DNA of 64,000 nucleotides. Source: a virus. Below, in pieces: positions 20,235 to 30,140 of this stretch. The notes under the pieces are model-generated. The model saw nothing but the letters and a program-made list of their open reading frames with translations, was not told the origin of the DNA and did not search any database. Position 1 is the stretch's first letter. Each line of letters starts with the position of its first letter. The stretch lies in the IMG/VR virus record IMGVR_UViG_3300025769_012879, positions 64,001 to 128,000 of that record. One strand, written 5' to 3'. The position numbers and the translations under genes were made by a program.

Positions 20235-20531
20235 ATGTCTTTACTTTGGTTCGTATTAACGTGTTATGGTTTAACACAAATTTTGGTATATGGTTCAATT
20301 TTTAATGGTATAAGACCCAAATATGGTTTTTTAGGTGATTTACTAAAATGCCCCATGTGTACAGGATTTTGGGTTGGTGCATTAGTTTTTCTAATTTCGC
20401 CTTGTACTGAACTATTTACTTTTGAGTATAATATAATCAACATGCTTTTATGCGGTTGGTTGAGTTCAGGGACATCATATGTGCTCTGTACTGTTTTCGG
20501 AGACGAGGGAATAAATGTCAAAGGGAATTAA
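20235..20531 (+). CDS. DUF1360-like membrane protein
   Basis: LLKCPMCTGFW motif between TM helices. Confidence 0.65.
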   Translation: MSLLWFVLTCYGLTQILVYGSIFNGIRPKYGFLGDLLKCPMCTGFWVGALVFLISPCTELFTFEYNIINMLLCGWLSSGTSYVLCTVFGDEGINVKGN

Positions 20532-20625
20532 CAATTACGTTGAAACTAAGTGGATGCTCCAACCTCCACGCCTTTGCTGCAAGGGCAGTTGTATCGGGCG
20601 GGTGACGCCCGCAGGAGAATTTTGA
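20515..20625 (+). CDS. small Cys-rich peptide not in the ORF track (MSKGINNYVETKWMLQPPRLCCKGSCIGRVTPAGEF)
   Basis: SD GAGG upstream; its TGA overlaps the next ATG (TGATG). Confidence 0.5.
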   Translation: MSKGINNYVETKWMLQPPRLCCKGSCIGRVTPAGEF

Positions 20626-21005
20626 TGAATCTAAGTGAGATTAAAAAGATGGTCATAACATCTCTCATTCAAGAGAGAGTTGGTTATTACGGTGCTATGG
20701 ACGGTGATGCCGGTGGTGCTGCTGATACACCCGATATTCAGGGCATTGTTGATGATGCTGAAAAAGAAATAAAGCAGATGATTGCCGCTCAAGGCAATAT
20801 CATTGACGCTGTTGCAGCAGAGATCGCTGAAATCGCAGGACCTGCATTGGTTCAGGCAGGCGTTCCAGGTGGAGATGTTGTTAAATTAGTATCAGACTTT
20901 TTAACTCACATGCATAGTGCAGTCGATGATGCAAAAAAGAAAAGAGAGCAAGTTGGCGCAGAACCATCCACACCAGAATTAAACACAAAAGTGGAGGACG
21001 AATAA
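20625..21005 (+). CDS. hypothetical, putative internal head protein
   Basis: SD AGGAG 20613-17, ATG 20625; leader MNLSEIKKMVITSLIQE. Confidence 0.6.
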   Translation: MNLSEIKKMVITSLIQERVGYYGAMDGDAGGAADTPDIQGIVDDAEKEIKQMIAAQGNIIDAVAAEIAEIAGPALVQAGVPGGDVVKLVSDFLTHMHSAVDDAKKKREQVGAEPSTPELNTKVEDE

Positions 21006-21620
21006 ATGTCTGACAAGGTATTATTAAGAGAATATTATGCCCTTTGTGAAGGTGGATACTGTCAAGATCTTTTAACTGAGGCAGAAAAGCAAGATATCAA
21101 AAAAAATAACGCTTGGTATCTAACTGGTATTTTACAAAAGGGTAATACCAAAAACGGTAATGGTAGAAAGTATCCATCTCACGTTCTTGAAAGAGAGATG
21201 AAAAACTACGATATGCTTATCAAGCAGAAGAGAGCATTCGGTGAGTTGGACCACCCAGACACATCAGTTGTTGATTTAAAGAATGCATCGCACATGGTTA
21301 CTCGTTATTGGATGGATGGTGATACCGTCATGGGTGCTATTAAGATTTTAGATACTCCCTGTGGTGAGATCGTAAAAGGCATTGTTAAATCAGGTGGTCA
21401 AGTTGGTATTTCATCAAGAGGTCTTGGATCTGTTGTAAATGAGTCAAACGGTACAAGCATTGTTCAAGAAGATTTTACTTTAATCTGCTTTGATATTGTT
21501 GCTGATCCATCAACTCCAGGTGCATTCATGAACCCACAAAAAATTAGGGAGTCAAAAGAGTTAAAGGTTCACGATAAAGATTATCGTGTGAACTCATTAC
21601 TAAACTCAATTTTGGATTAA
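21006..21620 (+). CDS. prohead protease (T4 gp21-like)
   Basis: NGNGRKY, GELDHP, ASH, GISSRGLGS, FDIVADPSTPGA. Confidence 0.93.
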   Translation: MSDKVLLREYYALCEGGYCQDLLTEAEKQDIKKNNAWYLTGILQKGNTKNGNGRKYPSHVLEREMKNYDMLIKQKRAFGELDHPDTSVVDLKNASHMVTRYWMDGDTVMGAIKILDTPCGEIVKGIVKSGGQVGISSRGLGSVVNESNGTSIVQEDFTLICFDIVADPSTPGAFMNPQKIRESKELKVHDKDYRVNSLLNSILD

Positions 21621-21621
21621 A

Positions 21622-22041
21622 ATGAAGAAAGAACAATTTAAGAAAATGTTGAAACCCATTATCAAAGAGTGTATTCAAGAGGCACTAGTTGAGTCAAATT
21701 TAATTTCAGGAATCATCTCTGAGGTTGTAAAGGGAATGGGCGCTCAACCACAGCAGGCACAAATCACTGAGCAAAAGAAAAAATATGAGAGTGATGAAGA
21801 TGCAAAGAAAAGACGCCAAGCAAAAGAGAAAAAGTTGAATAAAACAAGAAAAACTCTTTTAGGCGCAATTAATAAAGATGCTTACGGTGGTGTTGATTTA
21901 TTTGAAGGCACAACACCAATGCAAGAATCAAAATCAGGCGGTCCAGGCAGCGCACTTGCAGGTGTTGCACCAGATGATGCTGGTATTGATATTTCAGGAA
22001 TTTTAAACATTGGCGGCGATAAGTGGTCAAAATTAATATGA
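21622..22041 (+). CDS. hypothetical head-module protein
   Basis: Leader MKKEQFKKMLKPIIKECIQEALVE. Confidence 0.65.
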   Translation: MKKEQFKKMLKPIIKECIQEALVESNLISGIISEVVKGMGAQPQQAQITEQKKKYESDEDAKKRRQAKEKKLNKTRKTLLGAINKDAYGGVDLFEGTTPMQESKSGGPGSALAGVAPDDAGIDISGILNIGGDKWSKLI

Positions 22042-22048
22042 GGTTAAA

Positions 22049-22273
22049 ATGAGTGCAACTAACGTCCATGTGACAGCAAGAAGAAACGAATCAGGTGAAG
22101 CGCTAATCAAAAGATTTAGCAGAAAGGTAAAGAGAGAGGGGATTATCGAAGAGTGCAAAAAAAGAATGTACTATGAAAAACCCTCTGTAAAAAGAAGAAG
22201 AGATAAGTTAAGAAGAAAAAGAGTTTTAAAGAAACTATTTATGAAACAGAGCGGAGAGAAAGATGTCAGATAA
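22049..22273 (+). CDS. rpsU: phage-encoded 30S ribosomal protein bS21
   Basis: ESGEALIKRFSRKV..GIIEECKKRMYYEKPSVKRRR matches the bS21 signature. Confidence 0.9.
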   Translation: MSATNVHVTARRNESGEALIKRFSRKVKREGIIEECKKRMYYEKPSVKRRRDKLRRKRVLKKLFMKQSGEKDVR

Positions 22274-22730
22274 CGGAAACATCCAAGCAAATACAAGTTA
22301 TGCAGATCAAAGATTTCAGTATAACAGTCCCGGTGTTGGCGCAGTTGGTCAATACCAGACCAGTGGTATTCCATATGCCACCGCATCTGTTCTTGTTCAG
22401 AGTATTCTGAATGGTGAAGGTGCCACAGAGGTCCCATTCCCATATGTTACAAAGTTTGTAACAGTTGTAAATGAACACAGTGGTTCATCAGCAAAACTCA
22501 GAGTTGGTTTTAGCGCAGCAGGAATTACTGGATCGGGTGCTCCATCTGGACATGGAGACAATTACTTTATATTAGATAACGGTGAATCATACACTGGTGA
22601 ATTTAGAGTATCAAAAGTTTTTATTGCAGGTGATTCATCTGCAACAACCGCTTCTGTAATTGCTGGCATGACTGGCATTCCATCAACCAAACTAAAAACT
22701 AACTGGTCAGGAACCTCTGGAGTAGGTTAA
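22263..22730 (+). CDS. hypothetical structural (head decoration-like) protein
   Basis: Gly/Ser/Thr-rich beta protein; late motif ACTATTTA at 22234-41. Confidence 0.55.
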   Translation: MSDNGNIQANTSYADQRFQYNSPGVGAVGQYQTSGIPYATASVLVQSILNGEGATEVPFPYVTKFVTVVNEHSGSSAKLRVGFSAAGITGSGAPSGHGDNYFILDNGESYTGEFRVSKVFIAGDSSATTASVIAGMTGIPSTKLKTNWSGTSGVG

Positions 22731-24058
22731 TGATAATAAGTGGCTTCGGCGGAAAAGGCGGGTCTTTATCAAGTCGTTCTTCTGGAGTTACCACTGAAGA
22801 AGATAAGTCCGGTGGATTTTTAAACATTGTAAAATCTATTGCTGGGGATGACTTACTTTTTTGTTTAGATCCAGGTTCAATTACTGTTGATATTGGTCAA
22901 ACAGTAAATGAGTGGTTTGATTCGCTTGGAGCATTTGATACTCACTTCACAGCACAAGATGTTGCAAACCGCAAACCTTCTTTTAGTTTATACAACAATA
23001 AACCAGTTCTCGACTTTGACGGCACTAACAATGCTTTTAGATCAGCAGCAGTTGTTTCGCAACTAAATAATAAAAAAGCATTATCTTTGATTTATTTTGC
23101 AAAAGTAAATGGTGGCAGCGGTTTTAAAACAATTTTAGAACTTGATGCTTTGTGGTACAATGTAAACGGGTTTACAGCAGGCGTCGAACGCGATGCGGCT
23201 GATTATACAATATATAATGCACAAGACCAACACCCAGATGGACTCAACACAGGCGGCGTTGCTGGCAGCAACGGAACAAATGTTGATGTTGATTTACCAA
23301 TAGTTCATGGCGTTGTTTATAATCGCAACGGCGCAGGCGGCTCTGCTGGCACAACCACAAGACCATTTGTAAATGGTGTTGCAATGACAGCCGCACAAAC
23401 TTACACAGGCGGCAACACATACAACATTGATAGTGCCTGGGTAAGTGATAAATTGCTTTTCATGGGTGCTCGCGGCACAACAGTACTTAACTTCAATGGT
23501 TCAATTGGAACATTTATCGCTGTCACAAGAGCCCTTACAGACGACGAAATGGGAAGGTTGTCGAGAGCAGTTTTAAGAAAACATAACTTAGGAACTGATG
23601 CTCCCGCGATTCCTGCTCCCTCTGGAGGAGGTGGCGATAGTGGAGTCACTTATAATATTGATGAGGTCGCAGGGCAGAACATTACAGACACCGCTGGTAC
23701 TCTTTACGATGATGGCGGTCCAACTGGTACTTATTCACAAACCGACTACACAACTTACATTGTTCCAGGCGCAGGTAAGAAAGTTGTAATTACAATGAGA
23801 GAGTTTGAAATGGGTCCTGGCGACGGCAACTTTAACGAAAAATTACGTTTCTTTAATACCACTTCAGGTATTCTAAACTTCTACGGTAGTATGACAGATG
23901 GAGGATCCAATGCTCCAACACAAGATCAAGTTATTAATGGTGTTGATGGCGGTACAGTTACCATTATCTTTGACCAGTCAGGTTATTATGGCGCAGGCGG
24001 GTTCTTTAGTCAGGACGCCGAAGGATTTAAATTAACTTGGGAAATAGTTGATGTGTAA
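22730..24058 (+). CDS. virion surface protein with LamG/concanavalin-like and CUB-like domains
   Basis: PVLDFDG...FVNG...MGAR..FNGSI...RALTDDE (LamG-like); GTLYDDGGPTGTY...GFKLTW (CUB-like). Confidence 0.6.
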   Translation: MIISGFGGKGGSLSSRSSGVTTEEDKSGGFLNIVKSIAGDDLLFCLDPGSITVDIGQTVNEWFDSLGAFDTHFTAQDVANRKPSFSLYNNKPVLDFDGTNNAFRSAAVVSQLNNKKALSLIYFAKVNGGSGFKTILELDALWYNVNGFTAGVERDAADYTIYNAQDQHPDGLNTGGVAGSNGTNVDVDLPIVHGVVYNRNGAGGSAGTTTRPFVNGVAMTAAQTYTGGNTYNIDSAWVSDKLLFMGARGTTVLNFNGSIGTFIAVTRALTDDEMGRLSRAVLRKHNLGTDAPAIPAPSGGGGDSGVTYNIDEVAGQNITDTAGTLYDDGGPTGTYSQTDYTTYIVPGAGKKVVITMREFEMGPGDGNFNEKLRFFNTTSGILNFYGSMTDGGSNAPTQDQVINGVDGGTVTIIFDQSGYYGAGGFFSQDAEGFKLTWEIVDV

Positions 24059-24075
24059 TAATAGGAATAAATAAT

Positions 24076-24315
24076 ATGTCTACATGCCCACAACCAATAA
24101 CTTATTATATCCAAACTGAATCTATTGCAGGTCAGGTAGGAATACAAATAGAGAAAAATTTTACAAAATACAGAGTTATTGGTATTTGGGGACATGTCAC
24201 TCCACCACCCTCTGTTGAGTGGATACAAACAGAGTGGCACGGATTTGATGTTCACGAGTGGGTCACCTCGTTAGGTTATGTCTTTGTACCAATACTTCCC
24301 CGCCCAATTCCATAA
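24076..24315 (+). CDS. hypothetical protein
   Basis: SD AGGA; fills the gap before the scaffold gene. Confidence 0.55.
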   Translation: MSTCPQPITYYIQTESIAGQVGIQIEKNFTKYRVIGIWGHVTPPPSVEWIQTEWHGFDVHEWVTSLGYVFVPILPRPIP

Positions 24316-24335
24316 AGCATTTTACCTTTTTTACA

Positions 24336-24344
24336 ACTATTTAT
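24336..24344 (+). promoter_or_regulatory. putative strong late promoter (scaffold/capsid)
   Basis: AACTATTTATTGTAGC, identical 16-mer upstream of the sheath gene. Confidence 0.75.
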
Positions 24345-24369
24345 TGTAGCGTAAATTAGGAGTTTACTT

Positions 24370-25392
24370 ATGTCATCTATGTTAGAACAAGCAATTATCG
24401 ACGCAACTGCCCTTAGAGAAGCAGCAATTAAGAGCGCTGAACAAGCAGTTGTAGAAAAATATTCAACCGATATTAAAGAAGCAGTTGAGAAACTTATGGA
24501 AGAAAATGATTTCGAAGAGAATAAGACTGTTGATGAGCAGATTGTAGAGGCAGATGAGAAGGGCAGAGGTTATGCTTTTGCTGAAGACACTGAACTAAGC
24601 GATCTTGAGGCACATGAGGTGGTTGACATTGATGTTAAATCTCTCTTTGAGCAAGTTCAAAAAGAACAACTTCAAGAAGAAGTTGAATTGGAAGAAGATA
24701 TTTTTGAAGAAGAATACGATCTAAGTGAAATAGTTGATGAAGTTTCTGATGTCTTAGACGAAATGGGTGACACCGATGAGCAACTTGAAGACATGGTAGA
24801 ACTTGAAGAAGAGTTGGAAGAGTCAATGAAGTTTGACTTTGATCCAGTTCCAGAGGGACAAACAACCGCTTTTGGTGCAACAAGGGCACAGCAGGCAGAA
24901 CAAGCAATGTTAATGGACGTCATGCTCGCCGTTGAAGAAGAGAACTCTAAATTAGAAAGCAAGAACGAATCTTTGGTTAAGACCAATAAAGAATTAACTG
25001 AGTCTAACCAAAAACTAAAAGAAACCGTGCAGAATATTGCAGATAAGTTTGAAGAGATCAAACTAGTAAACAGCAAGTTGTTCTACACAAACAAAACTTT
25101 AATGGACGACTCCCTGAATGAGCGACAAAAGGGTAACCTTGTCGAGTCCATTAATAACGCTCAGACATCTGAGCAAGCGAAGATTGTCTATGAAACTCTA
25201 AAAAGCACAGTGGGCAATGCTACTACAAATAAGCAACCGGAATCATTGAGTGAGGCAGTAGGCAAGCGATCTTCAACATCTTTATTGCTAAAAGCAAGAA
25301 AAAGCGACGAAAAGCAAGTTGTTAACGAAGGTAACATCTTTGCTGATCGTATGCAAATTTTAGCAGGCATTAAACATCAAAAGGAGGATTAA
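24370..25392 (+). CDS. prohead core/scaffold protein (gp22-like)
   Basis: Highly acidic coiled coil directly upstream of the capsid gene; many L/I-x-E sites; C-terminal RMQILAGI. Confidence 0.8.
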   Translation: MSSMLEQAIIDATALREAAIKSAEQAVVEKYSTDIKEAVEKLMEENDFEENKTVDEQIVEADEKGRGYAFAEDTELSDLEAHEVVDIDVKSLFEQVQKEQLQEEVELEEDIFEEEYDLSEIVDEVSDVLDEMGDTDEQLEDMVELEEELEESMKFDFDPVPEGQTTAFGATRAQQAEQAMLMDVMLAVEEENSKLESKNESLVKTNKELTESNQKLKETVQNIADKFEEIKLVNSKLFYTNKTLMDDSLNERQKGNLVESINNAQTSEQAKIVYETLKSTVGNATTNKQPESLSEAVGKRSSTSLLLKARKSDEKQVVNEGNIFADRMQILAGIKHQKED

Positions 25393-25395
25393 ACA

Positions 25396-27234
25396 ATGTC
25401 AAACATAGTCGAAAGATTAACAGAAAACATCGTTGCTCGTGACCTCCGTCAAGAAGGCGCTGCCCTAGTTTCCAAATGGGAAAAAACAGGTCTACTTGAG
25501 GGTCTCGGTGATGATAGAACAAAGGACAACATGTCCCGTCTCTTAGAGAACCAAGCCAAGGAACTTCTACGTGAGGCTTCCACAATGGCAGCAGGTGATG
25601 TCGAAGGTTTCGCCGCCGTCGCATTCCCAATCGTCCGTCGTGTATTCGGCGGTCTACTCGCTAACGATCTCGTTAGTGTTCAACCAATGAGTCTACCAAG
25701 TGGTCTCATCTTCTTCCTAGACTTCCAGAAGGCAAATGCCCGTCTAGGTGATGACGCTGCTGATTCCGTTTACGGTGGTGGCGTTGTTGGTCAGGCAATC
25801 ACAGGTGGTGTATCACTAACCGGTCGTAACGCTGAAAAGTCACTTTACAGTCTAAACAACGGTTACTCCTCACCAGTTTCCGGTGCAGTAACTGACATGA
25901 ACGTCGGTCTAGAAGTTGTCGCTTCAGGTGCTATCGACTCATCAGGTCTATTCCAGTTCATGGATAACGATCCTGCTGACCAGATCACAATCGAAGAGGC
26001 AAGAAGAATTCTTCGTTACGATCCAGATCTACCATCAGGAACTGGTATCATCATCGCTGAGGGTGAGGCAACTGACTTACCACAACTCAACCGTGATGAC
26101 TTGGTTGCTATTTCTTACCGTGACGAGAATGGTGCAGTCCTATCAGGTACTGCTGCTCAGTTCTCACTAACACAGGTTCGTCGTTTGACCACCTATGCTA
26201 CTGCTTCAAACGGTACACCAAACAACGCTAGAATCTTCTCAGTGTTCACCACAACTGCTTCCGTTAACGTAGCAAATGATTCTACTGCTCTTCTTGACGC
26301 TGCTGCCAACATTCCAGTTGATCAGACAGTCGCAAGAGTTCAGTACGCTACTGCTGATAACTTCGCAACAGGATTGGGCGATCCCGGTTCAGTCGCTGGT
26401 ACAGCAAGTTGGTTGCTAGAAGGTGACGTTGAGGGTGCTGCCCCAACATTTGGTGATGTAAGCAATGAGATCCCAGAGATCGACATCAAAGTAGATTCAG
26501 TTGCTGTAACAGCAGTAACTAAGAAACTACGTGCTAAGTGGTCACCAGAGTTAGGTCAAGACCTAAACGCTTACCACAACCTCGACGCCGAGGTAGAGTT
26601 AACTGGTATTCTTTCTGAGCAGGTCGCTCTAGAAATCGATCGTGAGATCCTAGAAGACCTCATCAAGAGAGCAACTGCCGGTACACTACACTGGTCACGT
26701 CAACCCGGTCGTTTCGTTAACCGCGAGACTGGTGCTGATTTAGAGGAAGCCAGTTCCTCAACTGGTTACCCAGAGTTTACTGGTACCGTTTCTGAGTGGT
26801 ACGAGACCCTCATTGAGACAATCAATGACGTTTCTGCTCGTATCCACAGAAAGACACTTCGCGGTGGTGCTAACTTCCTAGTTTGCTCACCAGAAGTTGC
26901 CAACATCCTTGAGTTCACCGCTGGTTTCCGCGCAAGCGTCAGCGTTGATTCAAATGGTACCGCTGGTGCTGTAAACGTTGGTTCAATCTCTAAGAAGTTT
27001 GACGTATACGTCGACCCATACTTCCCACGTAACGTAGTTCTCGTTGGTCGTAAGGGTGCTAGTTTCCTAGAGAGCGGTTACGTTTACGCTCCATACGTCC
27101 CACTACAGGTCACTCCAACCATCTTTGGTACAGAGGACTTTGCACCACGTAAGGGTGTAATGACTCGCTACGCCAAGAAGATGGTTCGTCCTGACATGTA
27201 CGGTCTAGTAATTTGCCATAACTTGGTTGGTTAA
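25396..27234 (+). CDS. major capsid protein (T4 gp23-like)
   Basis: LLENQ, VQPMSLPSGLIFFL, KLRAKWSPELGQDL, EIDREI, YAPYVPL, GVMTRYA; strong codon bias. Confidence 0.96.
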   Translation: MSNIVERLTENIVARDLRQEGAALVSKWEKTGLLEGLGDDRTKDNMSRLLENQAKELLREASTMAAGDVEGFAAVAFPIVRRVFGGLLANDLVSVQPMSLPSGLIFFLDFQKANARLGDDAADSVYGGGVVGQAITGGVSLTGRNAEKSLYSLNNGYSSPVSGAVTDMNVGLEVVASGAIDSSGLFQFMDNDPADQITIEEARRILRYDPDLPSGTGIIIAEGEATDLPQLNRDDLVAISYRDENGAVLSGTAAQFSLTQVRRLTTYATASNGTPNNARIFSVFTTTASVNVANDSTALLDAAANIPVDQTVARVQYATADNFATGLGDPGSVAGTASWLLEGDVEGAAPTFGDVSNEIPEIDIKVDSVAVTAVTKKLRAKWSPELGQDLNAYHNLDAEVELTGILSEQVALEIDREILEDLIKRATAGTLHWSRQPGRFVNRETGADLEEASSSTGYPEFTGTVSEWYETLIETINDVSARIHRKTLRGGANFLVCSPEVANILEFTAGFRASVSVDSNGTAGAVNVGSISKKFDVYVDPYFPRNVVLVGRKGASFLESGYVYAPYVPLQVTPTIFGTEDFAPRKGVMTRYAKKMVRPDMYGLVICHNLVG

Positions 27235-27257
27235 TTGCTAATGCGTAGTTAAGGGTT

Positions 27258-27295
27258 GCCCCTCATCCGTTTCGACGGGTGGGGGGTTTCTCTTT
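27258..27295 (+). terminator. intrinsic terminator after the capsid gene
   Basis: ~13-bp GC-rich stem, TTCG tetraloop, T-rich tail. Confidence 0.85.
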
Positions 27296-27301
27296 AATAA
27301 A

Positions 27302-27309
27302 ACTATTTA
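27302..27309 (+). promoter_or_regulatory. putative late promoter ACTATTTA
   Basis: Follows the terminator and precedes SD AGGAG. Confidence 0.7.
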
Positions 27310-27329
27310 GATAGTAGGAGATTACGTGA

Positions 27330-28619
27330 ATGTCAGTACCAGATTTAACACCGTTAAGTAATTCAAGCAAAGTAATTTTGCCAATTACAGGAACACCCGA
27401 TAATGTAAATGCTTCAAGCAACCCATTACCATTTGGTTTTTATATGCAAGGACCAGATTCCGCAGCATTTGCTTCAGGTGCAGCAGATCAGGTTAGTTTT
27501 GTTTACAAGAAATTAGGTGGCGATGTATTAGATATTGAATTAACTCAATACAATGTTTATGCAGCATATGAAGAAGCAGTGTTGGAATATTCATACTTGG
27601 TAAACATTCACCAAGCAAAGAACTCGTTAAACAACCTACTTGGCGCTACAACCGCTTCTTTTGATGAAGACGGACAGATTGTCGCTGGTGATGCTTTAAG
27701 CGGTTCTAACATCGAAATGGCGCTTCCTAGATATACGTTTGATTACACAAGAAGAGTTGCTGAAGGCATTGCTTCTGAAGCGGGTGCTGGTGGTGGTTTA
27801 ACTTACTATACAGCATCATTTGTTCCAACTGCTAGTGTGCAAGATTACGATTTACAGCAAATCGTTAGTTCATCAATTACAAATGGAACGTTGACATTAA
27901 ACAGCGGCGACACAGTTGGCGATAATAAAATTATTATTAGAAACGTTTATTACAAAACACCAAGATCAATGTGGAGATTCTTTGCATATTATGGTGGTTT
28001 GAATGTTATTGGTAACTTATCAACATATGGTCAATATGCTGACGATTCAACTTTTGAAATTGTTCCAACTTGGCAGAACAAACTTCAGGCAATAATGTAT
28101 GAAGATTCAATTTACACCAGAACTTCACACTATTCATACGAAGTTATTAATAATAAATTAAGATTGTTCCCAACTCCAAGCACTGTTGGTTCACCAGATA
28201 GATTTTATTTTAGATTTACTGTAAAGAAAGATTCATTTGAGGAATATCCAGATCGTAAAACTGGAACAAAGGGTGTCAATAACATGAACAACCTACCATT
28301 CCAGAATATTCCATATGCATCAATCAACTCAATTGGTAAGCAATGGATTCGTAGATTTGCTCTAGCACTTTGCAAGGAAATGCTTGGACAGATCAGAGGA
28401 AAGATGGGCAACGCCGTTCCACTTCCAGGTGGTAACATTACACTTAATGCACCTTCTTTGTTGGCAGAAGCAGCAAAAGAAATGGGTGATTTAAGAACAG
28501 AACTTAAGACAGTATTAGACGAATTAACTTATGAGAAATTGTTAACAAAAGACTCTAATATGACCAAGGCAACTGCGGAAACACTCAAACAAGTCCCAGT
28601 TCCATTATTTGTAGGGTAA
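27330..28619 (+). CDS. neck protein (gp13-like head-tail adaptor)
   Basis: LGGDVLDIELT; WIRRFALALCKEMLGQIRGK..PLPGG.ITLNA. Confidence 0.8.
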   Translation: MSVPDLTPLSNSSKVILPITGTPDNVNASSNPLPFGFYMQGPDSAAFASGAADQVSFVYKKLGGDVLDIELTQYNVYAAYEEAVLEYSYLVNIHQAKNSLNNLLGATTASFDEDGQIVAGDALSGSNIEMALPRYTFDYTRRVAEGIASEAGAGGGLTYYTASFVPTASVQDYDLQQIVSSSITNGTLTLNSGDTVGDNKIIIRNVYYKTPRSMWRFFAYYGGLNVIGNLSTYGQYADDSTFEIVPTWQNKLQAIMYEDSIYTRTSHYSYEVINNKLRLFPTPSTVGSPDRFYFRFTVKKDSFEEYPDRKTGTKGVNNMNNLPFQNIPYASINSIGKQWIRRFALALCKEMLGQIRGKMGNAVPLPGGNITLNAPSLLAEAAKEMGDLRTELKTVLDELTYEKLLTKDSNMTKATAETLKQVPVPLFVG

Positions 28620-28625
28620 TAAAGA

Positions 28626-29111
28626 ATGGCAGATGATAAATGGACAAGACCTGATGCGCCACCGCCTCCACTTTTTACGGGGCAGAAAGAGGCAGACTTT
28701 GTTAAGCAGATCAATGACGAGGTTATTGAGCGTGTTGCTGGTCAACAAATTCTTTATTTTGCTATCTCAAGAGAACACTCAAATTATCATCCACTTTACG
28801 GCGAGGCAATAGAAAAAACATACTTACCACCAGTTAGAGTGTACAGTCGTGTAAAGTGGAATGGTACAAAAACTGAGTTTACAAAGTACGGTGTTGATAG
28901 AAGACCACAAATTGTAGTCGATTTTCATAAGAGGCGCTTAACAGAGGATCAGGATCTTTATGTTCGTGTCGGTGACTTTGTTCGCTATGGCGATTTCGAT
29001 TATGAGATTGTTGAATTGAGTGAACCAAAACTACTCTTTGATCAGACAGATAGAAGTTTTGAGATTAGTGCAACTTGTATTTTAGCAAGAGAAGGAAAAT
29101 TTAACCCATAG
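28626..29111 (+). CDS. neck/head-closure protein (gp14-like)
   Basis: HPLYGEA, VRVGDFVRY...YEIV; position after gp13-like gene. Confidence 0.7.
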   Translation: MADDKWTRPDAPPPPLFTGQKEADFVKQINDEVIERVAGQQILYFAISREHSNYHPLYGEAIEKTYLPPVRVYSRVKWNGTKTEFTKYGVDRRPQIVVDFHKRRLTEDQDLYVRVGDFVRYGDFDYEIVELSEPKLLFDQTDRSFEISATCILAREGKFNP

Positions 29112-29120
29112 GATTATTAA

Positions 29121-30089
29121 ATGCTACCAAAGTATATTGAAGAAAATTACAAGTTTAACAATTATCGTGATGCTCTAAGAAAAGCAGAAACTCTTGGGTG
29201 TGTTGGAACACATACAGAGGATGGAAACTATTACCCATGTAAGAATGCTGATGAATTATATAAATCAGCATATTCAGTGCAGTATGATACACTAGTCCCT
29301 TCTACATTTGAAACAATTGATATGGCGCTTTACGATTGGTTGAATCAAACTATTGATTTATTCGCAACTCGTAATGATGGTTGGCGCAAAGTTCCAATCA
29401 TTTGGTTAACTCAAGAGAGAGCATTTCAAATTAAAGACGATAGAGAAATGAGAGAGTTGGGTACTGAGTCTTTAAAATTTCCAATGATCTCAGTACAAAG
29501 AACAACTGTTAAAAAAACAGATCCAAAAGACTCTCCGATACCAGCAAAACTATTTGCTAATAGTGACGGAACAACATTAACAATTGCTAGGAAAGTCAAG
29601 CAATCTAAAACTAAAAACTTTGCAAATGCAACAAGTTTAAGACTTTATAAACAAAATAACTTTAAATTTAAAAATGAAAAAGTTGTTTATGAAATGGCAA
29701 CAGTTCCTTTGCCAATTTATCATGATTTGAATTATGAAATAAATTTAAGAGCAGAGTATCAACAACAAATCAACGACATGATTAGACCTTTTGCAACTTT
29801 TAACAATAACATAAATCAATTCATGATTAGAGATAGTGGACACAGTTATGAGGCATTTTTAGAAACAGACTATGGTGTAACAAGTAACATAAGCAATCTT
29901 GATAGTAATGAAAAAGTATATGAAGCAAGCATTAAGATAAAAGTCATAGGATACATTATGGGTGCTGGTGAAAATCAAAAAGGTCCACAAGTTGCAAGAA
30001 AAGAAAATTTTGTTGAAGTACGTTTCCCTAGAGAACATGTTATGTTGGGCGATATCAATGAATTCTCAGATGACGGATATAGACCCTAG
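29121..30089 (+). CDS. tail terminator/completion protein (gp15-like) with an N-terminal DUF3721-like Cys/His module
   Basis: KVPIIW..ER, FPMISVQR, P..Y.LNYEI; N-terminal AETLGCVGTH....YYPC. Confidence 0.7.
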   Translation: MLPKYIEENYKFNNYRDALRKAETLGCVGTHTEDGNYYPCKNADELYKSAYSVQYDTLVPSTFETIDMALYDWLNQTIDLFATRNDGWRKVPIIWLTQERAFQIKDDREMRELGTESLKFPMISVQRTTVKKTDPKDSPIPAKLFANSDGTTLTIARKVKQSKTKNFANATSLRLYKQNNFKFKNEKVVYEMATVPLPIYHDLNYEINLRAEYQQQINDMIRPFATFNNNINQFMIRDSGHSYEAFLETDYGVTSNISNLDSNEKVYEASIKIKVIGYIMGAGENQKGPQVARKENFVEVRFPREHVMLGDINEFSDDGYRP

Positions 30090-30107
30090 TCTTTGCCGTA
30101 TTTCTAA

Positions 30108-30116
30108 ACTATTTAT
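30108..30116 (+). promoter_or_regulatory. putative strong late promoter (sheath)
   Basis: AACTATTTATTGTAGC. Confidence 0.75.
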
Positions 30117-30140
30117 TGTAGCATAATTGGGAGATATTTT

